From: Eledone cirrhosa
Taxonomy: Eukaryota
Assembly: GCA_964016885.1 (NCBI GenBank)
Contig: OZ024740.1
Coordinates: 360,034,001 to 360,098,000, forward strand
DNA length: 64,000 nucleotides
Reading direction: 5' to 3'
Of the stretch, positions 12,910 through 26,232 are shown one piece after another. The notes under the pieces were generated by a model. That model worked only from the letters and a program-made list of their open reading frames with translations, was not told where the DNA came from and made no database searches. The position numbers and the translations under genes were made by a program. Every line of letters begins with the position of its first letter. Positions within the stretch are counted from its first letter, which is position 1.

Positions 12910-13479
12910 GGCATTACGTTTCATTCCACTGAATCAAGTTCATTAGAAATATGGTAGTGAAAGCAATAGTCTATTTCCTTTATTTAAAGATCATGCAAAG
13001 TAAATTTCTGTTTTAGATTAGTTTTAAATCTCAGAAAAAAAATTGTTTGTTTGTTTAAATAATACAAATTTCAATAGCTGAATGTTTCACAAATTAACCG
13101 TAATTGTGTATATAAATTCACAGACTTTTTAGTATATAGACATGTAAACATGGCATATAAGCATATTTCCCTGTAAATTTTCAAGCCTTGTTGAGTTTTC
13201 ATCAGAAGGCATGTATATCATCCAAACAACAACAAAGAAATATGTAATCGAGGGGCTTATATAATCTATCACTTATAGTAATATCCTGAAATGGACATAC
13301 AAATTTGCATATTATTAGCGCTATAGTAAGTAGAGAATTTTATTCATGAAAATGAAAATGCATAAAATAATAGAGAAAAGAGAAAAAAATTAAATAGGAA
13401 AAGGGAGAGTGGTAGACTCCACACACTGTGTTTCAAACGCAAGGGCCATTACTTCCTGGGGAAGAGGCACAGTGAGCCA

Positions 13480-15910
13480 AATATGTAATGAGGTGAAATG
13501 GTAAAGGCATTGCTGCAGAGAACAGCCAATGACACCCACTGCATCAGCCATTCAACCTAACAGGGCTCCTTCTTCAAGTGGGATGCACTCCTCCTGATTT
13601 TGCAGAGGAAAACAGCAACTTGTGGACCAAGGTAGGCCAGTGGTGCCCAGTCATATGTAGCTTGGAGACCAAGGTAGGCCAGTGGTGCCCAGTCATATGT
13701 AGCTTGGAGACCAAGGTAGGCCAGTGGTGCCCAGTCATATGTAGCTTGTGGACCAAGGTAGGCCAGTGGTGCCCAGTCATATGTAGCTTGGAGACCAAGG
13801 TAGGCCAGTGGTGCCCAGTCATATGTAGCTTGGAGACCAAGGTAGGCCAGTGGTGCCCAGTCATATGTAGCTTGGAGACCAAGGTAGGCCAGTGGTGCCC
13901 AGTCATATGTAGCTTGGAGACCAAGGTAGGCCAGTGGTGCCCAGTCATATGTAGCTTGTGGACCAAGGTAGGCCAGTGGTGCCCAGTCATATGTAGCTTG
14001 GAGACCAAGGTAGGCCAGTGGTGCCCAGTCATATGTAGCTTGGAGACCAAGGTAGGCCAGTGGTGCCCAGTCATATGTAGCTTGTGGACCAAGGTAGGCC
14101 AGTGGTGCCCAGTCATATGTAGCTTGGAGACCAAGGTAGGCCAGTGGTGCCCAGTCATATGTAGCTTGGAGACCAAGGTAGGCCAGTGGTGCCCAGTCAT
14201 ATGTAGCTTGGAGACCAAGGTAGGCCAGTGGTGCCCAGTCATATGTAGCTTGGAGACCAAGGTAGGCCAGTGGTGCCCAGTCATATGTAGCTTGGAGACC
14301 AAGGTAGGCCAGTGGTGCCCAGTCATATGTAGCTTGGAGACCAAGGTAGGCCAGTGGTGCCCAGTCATATGTAGCTTGTGGACCAAGGTAGGCCAGTGGT
14401 GCCCAGTCATATGTAGCTTGGAGACCAAGGTAGGCCAGTGGTGCCCAGTCATATGTAGCTTGGAGACCAAGGTAGGCCAGTGGTGCCCAGTCATATGTAG
14501 CTTGTGGACCAAGGTAGGCCAGTGGTGCCCAGTCATATGTAGCTTGGAGACCAAGGTAGGCCAGTGGTGCCCAGTCATATGTAGCTTGGAGACCAAGGTA
14601 GGCCAGTGGTGCCCAGTCATATGTAGCTTGGAGACCAAGGTAGGCCAGTGGTGCCCAGTCATATGTAGCTTGGAGACCAAGGTAGGCCAGTGGTGCCCAG
14701 TCATATGTAGCTTGGAGACCAAGGTAGGCCAGTGGTGCCCAGTCATATGTAGCTTGGAGACCAAGGTAGGCCAGTGGTGCCCAGTCATATGTAGCTTGTG
14801 GACCAAGGTAGGCCAGTGGTGCCCAGTCATATGTAGCTTGGAGACCAAGGTAGGCCAGTGGTGCCCAGTCATATGTAGCTTGGAGACCAAGGTAGGCCAG
14901 TGGTGCCCAGTCATATGTAGCTTGGAGACCAAGGTAGGCCAGTGGTGCCCAGTCATATGTAGCTTGGAGACCAAGGTAGGCCAGTGGTGCCCAGTCATAT
15001 GTAGCTTGTGGACCAAGGTAGGCCAGTGGTGCCCAGTCATATGTAGCTTGGAGACCAAGGTAGGCCAGTGGTGCCCAGTCATATGTAGCTTGGAGACCAA
15101 GGTAGGCCAGTGGTGCCCAGTCATATGTAGCTTGTGGACCAAGGTAGGCCAGTGGTGCCCAGTCATATGTAGCTTGGAGACCAAGGTAGGCCAGTGGTGC
15201 CCAGTCATATGTAGCTTGGAGACCAAGGTAGGCCAGTGGTGCCCAGTCATATGTAGCTTGGAGACCAAGGTAGGCCAGTGGTGCCCAGTCATATGTAGCT
15301 TGGAGACCAAGGTAGGCCAGTGGTGCCCAGTCATATGTAGCTTGGAGACCAAGGTAGGCCAGTGGTGCCCAGTCATATGTAGCTTGGAGACCAAGGTAGG
15401 CCAGTGGTGCCCAGTCATATGTAGCTTGGAGACCAAGGTAGGCCAGTGGTGCCCAGTCATATGTAGCTTGTGGACCAAGGTAGGCCAGTGGTGCCCAGTC
15501 ATATGTAGCTTGGAGACCAAGGTAGGCCAGTGGTGCCCAGTCATATGTAGCTTGGAGACCAAGGTAGGCCAGTGGTGCCCAGTCATATGTAGCTTGGAGA
15601 CCAAGCTTACCGAATTTCATGAGGTGTTTTGCCTTTTGCCAGCCGACACTGTCAAAACTAACATTGCAGATGATTCCGCAGTGATGGATAGCGGCATTGA
15701 GTTCATTGGGGTGATCCGGATGAGTGTGACAAAGTGCACTGCACAGTGTGAAGAGAAATTTAGAGGAGCAAAACAGTTTCTCGGAAGGAAGAGCATGGGA
15801 TTCGCATCAATGAGGTACAATTTTTCTGTCTTCCTTGCCAGGTCAACTTGTTTGGTCTCCGGGTACTCTTTTTTGGCTTTCTGGAGAATTGGAGAACAAA
15901 GAATGTAGGC
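13480..15910 (-). mobile_element. Degraded CRE-like (RLE-type) non-LTR retrotransposon relic, internally deleted, hosting the minisatellite
   Basis: Minus-strand translation gives ID..LFL.RNCFA / ICNVSFD..W..A...KFGKLGL above the array and GPQVAVFL / WLMQWVSLAVLCSNA below it. This parallels LVNVRL..DQAALPKRFGGLGL and GPLTARFL / WLFQRISLDITRGNA in the element at 52298-53452. Confidence 0.75.
13619..15605. repeat. 42-bp minisatellite, 47 full units plus 13 bp, two unit variants
   Basis: Unit CTTG(GA/TG)GACCAAGGTAGGCCAGTGGTGCCCAGTCATATGTAG; 13619 + 47x42 = 15593, the start of the partial unit. Confidence 0.98.
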
Positions 15911-16011
15911 ATCATCTCACAGTGTTATACATGTCCCAGTTAGGATAGATTAAATGCTGAGTATATGCATGATGAATTTTGCCATAGCTCACATTTTACG
16001 TACATATATAT

Positions 16012-16900
16012 CATTATCATCATTTTACGTTTGCTTTTCCTTATTAGTAAGTGTAGGACGGTCCTTTTCGGCACAGCATCTCTCCATTCGTCATCTCCTC
16101 TGTGAGCTTCAGCGATCTGAGGTCAGCTCTCACTACCTCCCCCTGTGATTTTCGTGGTCTTCCTCTACTGCATTTTCCTTTCACTGGGATTTCTTGGCAC
16201 TTCTTTACCCAGCGGTCATCCTCCATGAGCATCACATGTCCATACCAATGCAGTCTTCTCCCCCACACACTACAGTTTATCCCTATTATACAGTTTCACT
16301 CTCAACTCATCTATGCTTGGTCATTCACGCACATTGACATTGCACATCCATTGGAGTATGCTTGCTTCATTTCTCTCCAGCCGTCGCATATCCTCTGCAG
16401 TTGCTGCCCATGTCTCATTACCATGTAGCATCGCACATCTCACACAGGCATCATATAACCAGCCTTTCATTCGTAGGGAGAAACCCTTCTTTGTTGACAG
16501 AGGAAGCAGCTGCCTAAACTTCTTCCAACCTGTCCTTATTCTAGATACTATGGCTTCAGAGCACCCTCCTCCCTTGCTAATCTGATCACCTAGGTATCGG
16601 AAGCTATCAACCACCTCTATAGATCCTACCTGCATTTGAAAAATGTGTCTATCACTGCCACTTCTACTATCAAATTTCCCTGTACTTCTACTGCATATGT
16701 AGTTTTCCCTTCCTGTTATTTTACCTGCTATCCCACTACACCTTTTGTGTACCCAAGATCTGCATTGTGTACATTCTATAGAATTTATGCGAACTCCTTT
16801 TCTACATATCAAACATGGCCATTTCCCTACTGGAATCAGAGTTTTGTCCTCTTTCCTACTTATCAACACTTTAGTCTTAGCCGGAATTTATTCTCTAGCT
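16012..16900 (-). mobile_element. RTE-type LINE 3' fragment with embedded PHD-type finger
   Basis: KTKVLIS..KWPCLICRKGV..CTQCRSWVHKRC..VVDSFRYLGD..RIRTGWKKF..LYDACVR.AMLHG.ETWA..RRLHWYGHV..RGRP, then an (ATG)n-like tail. Confidence 0.88.
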
Positions 16901-17006
16901 CCTCTACTGATTCTGCTATAAGTACCTTTACATATATCTATATATATAAAGTTGTAGTTCCTGTCTGTTTGTTTGTTCACGAATTCCGCCTATGGTTTTG
17001 GAGATA

Positions 17007-17159
17007 GCAGAGCTCAAGCCATTTCGACGGCTATTTCTGGACTCAGTAGCTCTGCCGTCGGGGTCTTAACTCTTTTCCTATTTCCCACTCTACTACCCAA
17101 AGTATCGAGTAATCTGGTGCATTATGGTCCACCTGGTTCCTTACCACACTTCCCTCGTT
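17007..17159. repeat. Member of a (TA)n-associated fold-back repeat family (also 28769-28973 and 62155-62347)
   Basis: Shares about 150 bp (GCCGTCGGGGTC...CCTGGTTCCTTACCAC) with the other two copies and has a partial inverted duplication. Confidence 0.75.
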
Positions 17160-17639
17160 TATATATATATATATATATAAAGTTATATCTGTATACATAC
17201 AGAGTGGGTAACTGAAACTGCACCAATGTGTATACAAATATACACACTTTTAATATTTAAGCATGGAAACATACCAGATATATTCAATAAATTTTAAAAA
17301 ATGATAAACACCTTTAATCATTTTTCAGATCTAATTGGGCCCTTATCAGGTTTGTATATCATCCAAACAACCACCAGGAAACACATATTTGATGGGCTTA
17401 TATACCCATTCACTCACAGTATTATTCTGAAATGGACTTACTATTTTACATATAATTAGTGCTTGTGTTTGTAGTTAATTTTATCGTACATTTTTAATTA
17501 ACCCCTTTACCACCTTATTTTTCCTCAGTTTTTTTGTACTACCAACTAATCTTACCTCTGAACATGCTGCAAAAGACTTTTTATCCAGAAAATGGAGGGG
17601 GAAAAAGGGGGACCCTTTTGCTTGATCTTCTTTCATGGG

Positions 17640-18570
17640 TTCCATCAACTTCGTCATCCTCCATATCACATGTCCATACCAGTACAGTCTTCTCCCTTGC
17701 ACACTGCATCTGATCCCTCTTATACTCAGCTTTTCTCTCAGTTCTTTAATGCTTCATTTTTCATACACACTTCTATTTCACATCCATCTGAGCATGCTTA
17801 CCTTATTTCTTTCCAATTGTTGTAAATCTTCTGTGCTCAAGGCCCAAGTCTCACTGCAGTCATTGTACAATCTGCCTCTCGTTCTGATGGAGAAATCCTT
17901 TGTAGTCAGCTAAGGTAGTAGTTCCCTGAACTTTTTCCGCGTAGTTTTCACTCTAGTTGCTATATTTTCAAAACATCTACCCCACTGTTAATTAAATCAC
18001 CTAGATAATGAAAGGTGACAACCACAGCTAGGGAGACATCTGAGTACTTGATAGTCCTTATTTCATGTGAGTTATTGTTGCTCACTGCTCCTTTGTTAGC
18101 CTGCCCAAGATCCCACTACATTTCTTGTATACTTATAGTTGATATTTTGTACAGTGTATAGAATTTCTATCAACTCCCTGTTCATATTGAGCATAGCCAT
18201 TTCCAAGACAAGATCAGGGCCCTGTCATCTTTCCTACTTACTAGGATTTTAGTGTTCACTAAGTTGATTTTAAGGCCTTTTGATTCCAGATTTCTTTTCT
18301 ACTTCCTCTGCAGCTAGGAGAACTAGGTCATCTGCATATAGGAGTTCCTTTGGACAGGTTGTCACAAACTCTTTTTAAGGCCTAGAGGACTATAATAAAC
18401 AGTAGGGGGATGATACCAGAGCTCTGCCGAAGCCCCACCTCCATGCTAAACTCATCATTATACTCATTGTTAACTCTAACTTAGCTAACTGCACCTTTGT
18501 ACATGGCTTGTACAGCCATCAAATGCTACTAGTCAATCCTTAGTTTCCTAAGAGCCCACCAGATTATGGT
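17640..18570 (-). mobile_element. Older RTE-type LINE RT fragment
   Basis: ELLYADDLV, VVTFHYLGD and RRLYWYGHV remnants with many stops and frameshifts. Confidence 0.8.
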
Positions 18571-19116
18571 GGAGGGGCACTTTTTGCTGTGTCATCTATA
18601 TGGCCACTTTACAGTGAGGGCTGGAGACTTAGGTGGGGGAGGTGCATGGGGATTGGGGAGGTAGATCTAGGGGCGTGGGTGAGGAGTAGGGGCTTATCCC
18701 TCTCTCTCTATATATTTATATATATATAGAGAGAGAGAAACCCCCACCCCTCACCCACGTCCCTATATATATATAGACAGAGGGGGGTGGAGAGAGAATA
18801 AAGAAACAAGAAAACTGACAGAAAATGGTCCACATTGAAAATGTGAAAAAAGCCAGTACATAACATTTCAGGCATTGTCCTTTTTCATACGATAGAGAGA
18901 GAAAGATGAAAATGCAAAAAAAAAAGAAATAAAAAAGAAACAAAATCAAGAAGATAAAATAAAAACATGTTTGGGTTTGTTTATCAATCATGGTATTTGT
19001 AAAGGCAGGATAAGCAAGGAGGTTAGTGTGAAATTACAGGAAAATATTCATATGTACAACTAAGTGTGTATAGGCACAAACACCTGAAGCAAATAAATAT
19101 AGTGTGTGCATATAAG

Positions 19117-19800
19117 TATAACGGCGGCGAAGATTCGAAACCGAATCTGAGCTTTCCCGCCTCTGGGACAAGCTGTGGTTAGTTGTTTACGCCCGGCAGA
19201 CCAACCCTTTGGGAGATGCTAACTACAGGTCAGAGGTAGTTTACGCCTGGCAGAAAAGAGGTCAGAGGATATATCTATCCTTCTAACTTCAACCCTTATA
19301 AATACAAGGGTTGTTTACGCCTGGCAGAAAAAGTGAGACTACAGACAAGACAGGTCACATTTACACGCTCTCGTCACAAAAAAAACAGTCTGCCCACTAA
19401 TTTCTCACACGCATTTCCCGCCTGGCTGATTGATTACTACTACTGCTAAAACAAGAAAATATACTAATACGCACACACGCACACATAGTAAGTTCACACT
19501 GTTTTCATTTCACACGCACCATTTCCGTCTTTCACATTGTATCTTTCAGATACAATTCAAATTATATTATATAGTATTCTGTGATACTTGTATTTACTTG
19601 GCTCAAAGAGCCACCTACTTATTGTACGAATATTTCATGATATAGATTTTATCATTCAATATTCAAATTGAATATTGTTATAAATAAAATAAACATTGTA
19701 ACAACACAATCTTGGTATTATTCTTTGCATTGAAACCATCATACCAGCAATTCCACTTATCCGTTACAACTGAATTCCATCTATTCACTTATTCGTTACA
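19117..19800 (+). mobile_element. Solo LTR (684 bp)
   Basis: Ends TATAACG (decayed TG)...CGTTACA with a 4-bp TSD TAAG (19113-19116, 19801-19804). Internal TATAAA and AATAAA. Confidence 0.75.
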
Positions 19801-19954
19801 TAAGTATCAAAAGACGTGGAGGACTATAGTAACTGGAATGGAACATTCAGTTCAAGTGGGTTGGAGGTTTGCAGACACAAATGAATTGTTGCTTGCGGTT
19901 TAAGTCTCAAATGGGGTGAGCAATGGTGCAGAGCCACTCTAAACACATTCAAGT

Positions 19955-21140
19955 TCATCATCATCGTTTACGTCTATCTTCCACGCTAGCATGGGTTTAG
20001 ACGGGAATTGTCCCACGTGAGGCAAGATTGGTTGTCTTGCTCGTATGGGACTGTCTGGCAGGTTTTCTATGACTGGATGCCCTTCCTAACACCAACCACC
20101 TTTACAGTGTGGACTGGGAGGTTTTTACCGTGTTACCTAGATGGCCACATTACAGAGTGGACTGTGTGTTTTTTTGTCGTGACACCTACACGACCTCATT
20201 TATTTAGGACTGGATGGTGTGGCACCAACATAACTTTACAGAGAAAGGGGTGGTGTAGATGGGGGTGGGGGTATGGGTAGTGGGATGGGGTGTATTTTTG
20301 GTTAGGAGGTGCCTACTGACTGTAGGTTTCACTTTGTACTTAGGCAAGGCGGGTCTTCTGTATTACTGCGTAGCGCCAAAGATCTCGGACCAGTGACATT
20401 GTCTTAGAGAAGTGTAAGTGTGTGAGGTGGGAATTTATCAAGTCGTCCCAGGTTTTTCTGGATCTGCCTACTCAGTAGCTTCCATCTATTTTGATTGCCT
20501 TGCACTTTTTTATACAGCTGTCGTCTTTCATGCGCATCACGTGACCATACCAACGTAGTCTTCTCTCAAGTAAACAGCATCTGATCCCTCTTATACCTAA
20601 TTTTTCACTTAGTTCATTTATGCTTTGCCGTTCACGTATATTACTATTACACATCCAACGGAGCATGCAAGCTTCGTTCCTCTCCAGTCTGCGCAGATCC
20701 TCTGCACACAATGCCCATGTCTCACTGCCATGTAACATTGCTGTTTGTATGCAGGCATCATACAGTCTGCCTTTCATTTTTAGAGAGAAACCTTTAGCGG
20801 CCAATAGTGGTATAAGCTCTCTGAACTCTTTTCATCCCGTTCTGACTCTGGCTACTGTACTTTCAGAGCACCCTCCACCACTGCTGATTTTGTCACCCAG
20901 GTAGCGGAAGGTGTCCACTATTTCTATAGAACCATCTGGGCAATGGAAGGAGCTAGTATCATGTGGGCACTTGCTACTACTTATTGCACCTGAGCACCGG
21001 CCACATATAAAATCTATGTTCTTAGTTAGCTTACCTGTGATCCCACTACATCTTTTATGTACCCATACTTTGCATTTAGGACATAAAATGGAGTTTCTGC
21101 CTACTCCTTTCCTACACACTGAACATGGCCATTTCCCAGA
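19955..21140 (-). mobile_element. RTE-type LINE 3' fragment with PHD-type finger, plus associated 3' repeat/(ATG)n tail
   Basis: GKWPCSVCRKGVGRNSILCPKCKVWVHKRC..FICGRC, VDTFRYLGD, MLHGSETW, RRLRWYGHV. Confidence 0.85.
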
Positions 21141-21739
21141 AATATTCAGAAGAGTGAAAATAATGGGATATGGGAGAATTTTTTCCACAATGAATGTTGT
21201 AAATGTGTTTGTCATAATGATCTGCTAACCAGTGACCAGTTTGGGAAATGTCCGTAGAGGTTATTACATCATGAGCATTTAAGGCAGTAGATAAGGTTAG
21301 TGGAAGTGCAGGGGCAGTGGAACTGGGTGTGGGTGACATGGTTCCTCCCAATAATTATATTTTTCTCCCTAAACTACCAAAACACATCTATTTGTATATG
21401 CGCTACAATTTATGTACGTACGTTTATCGCAAATCAAAGTTTTTTTTATATCTTGGTTGAGGTTGATATTGGATAATAACAGTGTAATATATAATGTTAA
21501 CCTTCATAGAAAAATTTGTTGTCATGTCATAACTTTCCTCTCGATATCACTATTTGCCAGTTGCTAGTAGGTGTAGAGACAGATTTCATAAGTCATTTTG
21601 CTATAATCACTTTATAATTATTGAAAGCTATAAATGTAATATGACCCGCTTGGACTCAAATTGCATTTTCTTACTATTTTAAAGTGCAAAGAGCTAAACT
21701 AATTACTACAACTAAATTGACCAAATTTGCCCTCCTCCC

Positions 21740-22590
21740 GCTCCTATTCAGAAATGCTTCCACCACCCCTGGAGGTGTAACTAAAAGAGTCGGGAATGTG
21801 GAAGGTGCTGCTATTGGGTCTAATGAAGCTGATGGTGTGACAATGGGACTGGGAGCAAGGGTGGGATCCAAGTGGTGCTGGATGGTTAAGGAAGCGGAAG
21901 AATAGGAGCTGTGAACCAAGGGTTCGCATAGCTTGTGGGTGCACTTGAAGGAAGAGAGTGGTGGGTTGGAGAAGAGTTGAAGGGTGGTGGGATAAGAATG
22001 GAGGAGGTGGAATGTATGCATGATTTGAGAATAGAAGGTTAGATGAAAGAGAAAAGGGATGTGATTGGCGGTAGGGTGGGAATGTGGTAATAAGGTAATG
22101 GTACTGTCAACTGAGTGGGCAGCTTGGTCAAGGATGTGAAGGCCCTCTTGTCAATAGAAGTGCTGCCAGGTCATGTTTTAGAACTGGATCTTAAATTTTC
22201 AATCATGGCTCAAAGATGATGGAGGCAGAGGATGGGGTCGAAAGAGGTGAAGTCAAGATAGGAGTGGGAGTAGTTAGGTTTGGAGAGGGTGGGGTGATGA
22301 GGGAGGAATTTGGGTGGTGGATGGAAACAGAGAAGTCAAAAACGTTGATGGAGGTGTCAGAGATGATCGATGTGTACTGGAGAGAAGGATGGAAGGACTT
22401 GACAAAGGGAAGAAAGGTACTGAGTTGTGTACAGGAGAGGAAAATGACTTCAATAATGTCATCAATGCAGTGACCATTTGGTTCAAGAATTGGGGCCAGC
22501 AAACAATGAGAAGATCTAGGTTTCAACATAGTTGACAAAAAGGTTGGTGTAGTTGGGGCACATTCTCATTCCTATAACCATGTTCAGGCT
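21740..22590 (-). mobile_element. Penelope-like element RT/GIY-YIG relic
   Basis: GMRMCPNYTNLFV..CIDDI..FHPSLQYT..FDFSVSI..KPNYSHSYLDF remnants typical of PLE RT; RLKECFSE near 21750. Confidence 0.7.
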
Positions 22591-25500
22591 TGGTAAAACT
22601 CTCCCACAAAAGATGTGTCAAACTTAGTAGCTCCACAGGAGCCACTAAGTTTGACACATAAGCTTTAATAGATGTTTGTTGTTGTTGGTTTTTTTATTCT
22701 GAAAGGAGAAACCTACGTTATAGATGTTAAAAGAAACAGTAATATTTGTTTTGCTTTACAATAAAATTCCTTTCAAAATAGGAATTCAGAATAAAACATT
22801 GAAAACATATTTTCGGCATTTATTCCTGACACTGGATTAATGATTTTCTCTTCTTGCTGTGGATGTTGGAAGCATTTTTTTAAACCTTAGTCACTTCCTC
22901 AAATACTTTCTGTAATTAAAGAAATGATATCCTTAAATATGGATATGGAATGATTTTGAATGTTGAACCTTATTATTTATGCTTTTTAACAGATTTTGAA
23001 ACTGTTTGTTCTTAATGAGATAGAATTTTTTAAATTTTTCCATTCATTTCTTCATGCTTGTTTTGGGTGGAATTTTTTTTTTTTTTTTTCTGTTAGAGAA
23101 ACTATTTTTTACAGCTGATTGACCTCCCTATCACTAATAACACAAATAATGAAGAAACTGTATCTTGTAGATGCCACCAGTTTATCACAGGTAAATATTT
23201 GTTAATGATCTGGTGCCTGCCAATGGCAGTTAAGTAAATAAAGGTAACATGTGCTTTGTTCCTAAACACCATTACCATAACACAACAAAACACTTACAGT
23301 GGATTTCCAAACAACAGACTAGGAGATGGTAGTCAAATACTGTACCCATTTTTCCATTTAATTTCTATAAGACATTTAAGAAAACAAATAACTGTAATAG
23401 TGAATGTGTCAGCATGAATTTATTTCTAGTCACAAATTGAAGTTTCAAAATGGTCATAACCTACAAATTACAGAATTGAGAATAAAAAGGGTGAAAAAAT
23501 ATTCAATAAAATAAAATGTCATATTATCATACATGTAGTCATTCATATCACGAAAAAAAAATATCCTTCTAAAATAAAAATGAGCCAAAGAGTTTAGACT
23601 ATTTTATAAATGTATGTTTTAACAGCTGTGGTTTGGAACAAAATCATGTTTTTAGTTTATCTTTATGGTTGAATTTCTCTTTTTGCATTGTTCATTAGTT
23701 ATCTCTTTTGCCATTTCTTACAAGAAGATACTCCATTTTGTTCTAAATTTCACAATTCTGTAAAAATTCATTACATCTATAAAGCAGTTAATGCTTCTTA
23801 ATAAAGTAACCTTTCTGATAACTGTTCCTATAGTTTCAGTGTTCCAGACATGTATATCTAAAGGTAAATATTAGATTTTTACAAAGTAATAAAAACAAGA
23901 CCAATTTTTGTTGTAGGGAAAATGTATAATTGATTAAATCTACATTAGTATATTGCTGGTATCTAATTTAGCCCATCTTCAATGGAGTGAAAATCAACTT
24001 CACAAGGAATTTGAACATAAAGTATAGAGAGATTAAACTGAATACTGTAAATAATTTCTGCAAAGTTCTCATCCTCTCTACAAGTAATATTGGCTGTTTT
24101 TTATTGGGATAGGAGGATAGTAAATTAAATCAACTCGCCAAATATGATTATCACTTATTTTATTGATCTGAAAAAAGAATAAGTTGACTCATGACAAGAT
24201 ATTGAATTAACTATAGATAATACTGAATAGTATAAGGTAAAAAAAATCAAGACAAAAATACCAGTTATACAATATTTGTCTCAAACATGGTTTGTTAGAA
24301 TGAGAGAGAAGTAGGAAGTTGCAATTTCCATAACTTTACCGAAAACATCTGTAATGTAAAAGAAATAAAGTAGTTTGACTTGAGAGTGCATATCTCATTA
24401 CAGATTAAATTTACAAAAAAATAACTAGCAGACTTTGGCTCTGACTTAGGGTCTCAGTGATGGAAATGAAGTAAAGAAGTTCCAACTATGAACTGAAAAC
24501 TAAATTCTAGGATTGGTTTAGAAGGAACTAACCACAGTATTTTGGCACTCATTAATGTTGTAAACAATTATTATTTCTTTATATTAAACATATTAAATTA
24601 CTTTTTTAGTGAAGTTAAAACCCAAAAGGGATAATTACACCATACATTTGGTAAAACTGTTTTGTATAAGAGCATATATGTTTAATCATGCTCTAGAATT
24701 ACTTTTTGGTTAATCTCCAAATTGACTTCAGAAATCAAAACAGTCTTACACAGAAGTAGAATACTCATTCACTTTGTTGTGTATCAAGTAAGTTTTTGTT
24801 CCTTTCTTAGTTTACATTATTGGATTATTAATCCTGGATATTAACATAGATTGTGTATATTTCAACAAAAATTGGGAATATAACTATATCCTAAATGAAG
24901 GAAATTAAAATTGCCTGAAACCATGAAAAATAAGTCATAAGATTGACATAATATTTTTAGGAGTTTTAACAAAATTATTTATTTGAAAATGTACTCTGGA
25001 TGCAAATACAAATCTACATATAAATTTGCGCGACCTCTGTCCATCTGTCCGTCACACAATGCTTGTGTGTCTTTGTGTGAATGTATGTGTGTGTAAAAGG
25101 AAGGAAGGGGATGGTGAAAAAACTATGGCAAAACAGTGGCTGGCATTCCATTTGCAATGCTGTGTGTGAATGTATATGTATGTGTGTGTTTGTGTAAATG
25201 TATGTGTGTATGTGTTTGTGTGAATGTATGTCTGAGTGTGTATTTTTCTAAGCGTATCTGTGTTTGCCCATTTTTATTTATATACTCATACATATAAATG
25301 TATGCATATGCACATACACACACACACACATATATACACAGGTGTGTCAGAGTGTTGAAAAAAATCCTAGTGACTTACAAGGCACAAAATTAACATTTAA
25401 AAAATGAGTACCCAATTTTGAATGCATCCAGGCTAAATTTTAAAATATAAGCATGTACTGTTTATTTAATTCTAGATTAGTTCTTGAATATTTAAATTGA

Positions 25501-25699
25501 TTATATATATTATTATATAGAATTAATTGCTTTGTTAGGTCTACAGAATAATAGCAATAATAGCTTTACTGCTTACACAACAGCAAAGCTAAATATTTTC
25601 ATATCATATACAGAATGAATTATTTTTTATATGGTGATAATATACCATACATTTTGAGTGTAACTAAAGAGTAATAAGTAATGTAATAGCAATAATACC

Positions 25700-25931
25700 A
25701 ATATATATATATATATATATATATACATATGTGCGTGTGTGTGTGCATGCATGTGTAAACACACACACACACACATATATATATATACACACATATATAT
25801 ATATATACACACATATATATAGGAGAAAATGAAGGGAATTCTTTGGTACAGTAAGAAACAATTTATTGTAAAGATTTGAATTATTAAAGAACATCAACCA
25901 TCAATGAAGTCATTCTTCCCCCTTTTTACAA

Positions 25932-25978
<47 letters not shown>

Positions 25979-26232
25979 CACATATATATACATACACACA
26001 TATATACACATATATATATACATACACACATATATATACATACATTTATATATGCATATATATACATACATATATATATGTGTGTGTGTGTATATATATA
26101 TATATATTTATACACACATACATATGTAGTGGTCATTGGCAAATCCTTGTTCGCTCTTTTAAGGGTCTTCACCACATTTTATAAGCTATGTTTATAACAT
26201 TTCTGTGCTTCAGCACTTTCTTTATACTTATA

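Noticed and set aside
13619-15605. CRISPR array
   Set aside because: Units are head-to-tail with no unique spacers, there are no cas genes, and the context is eukaryotic.
13557-15908. Long 676-776 aa ORFs as real repeat proteins
   Set aside because: They result from a 42-bp unit (a multiple of 3) lacking stops in three frames. The flanks are a decayed retroelement, and there is no synonymous variation between units.
22700-24795. Candidate small exons (AG...GT) in an AT-rich unique region
   Set aside because: Plausible splice sites occur on both strands, but there is no consistent reading frame or recognizable protein. RNA data are needed.
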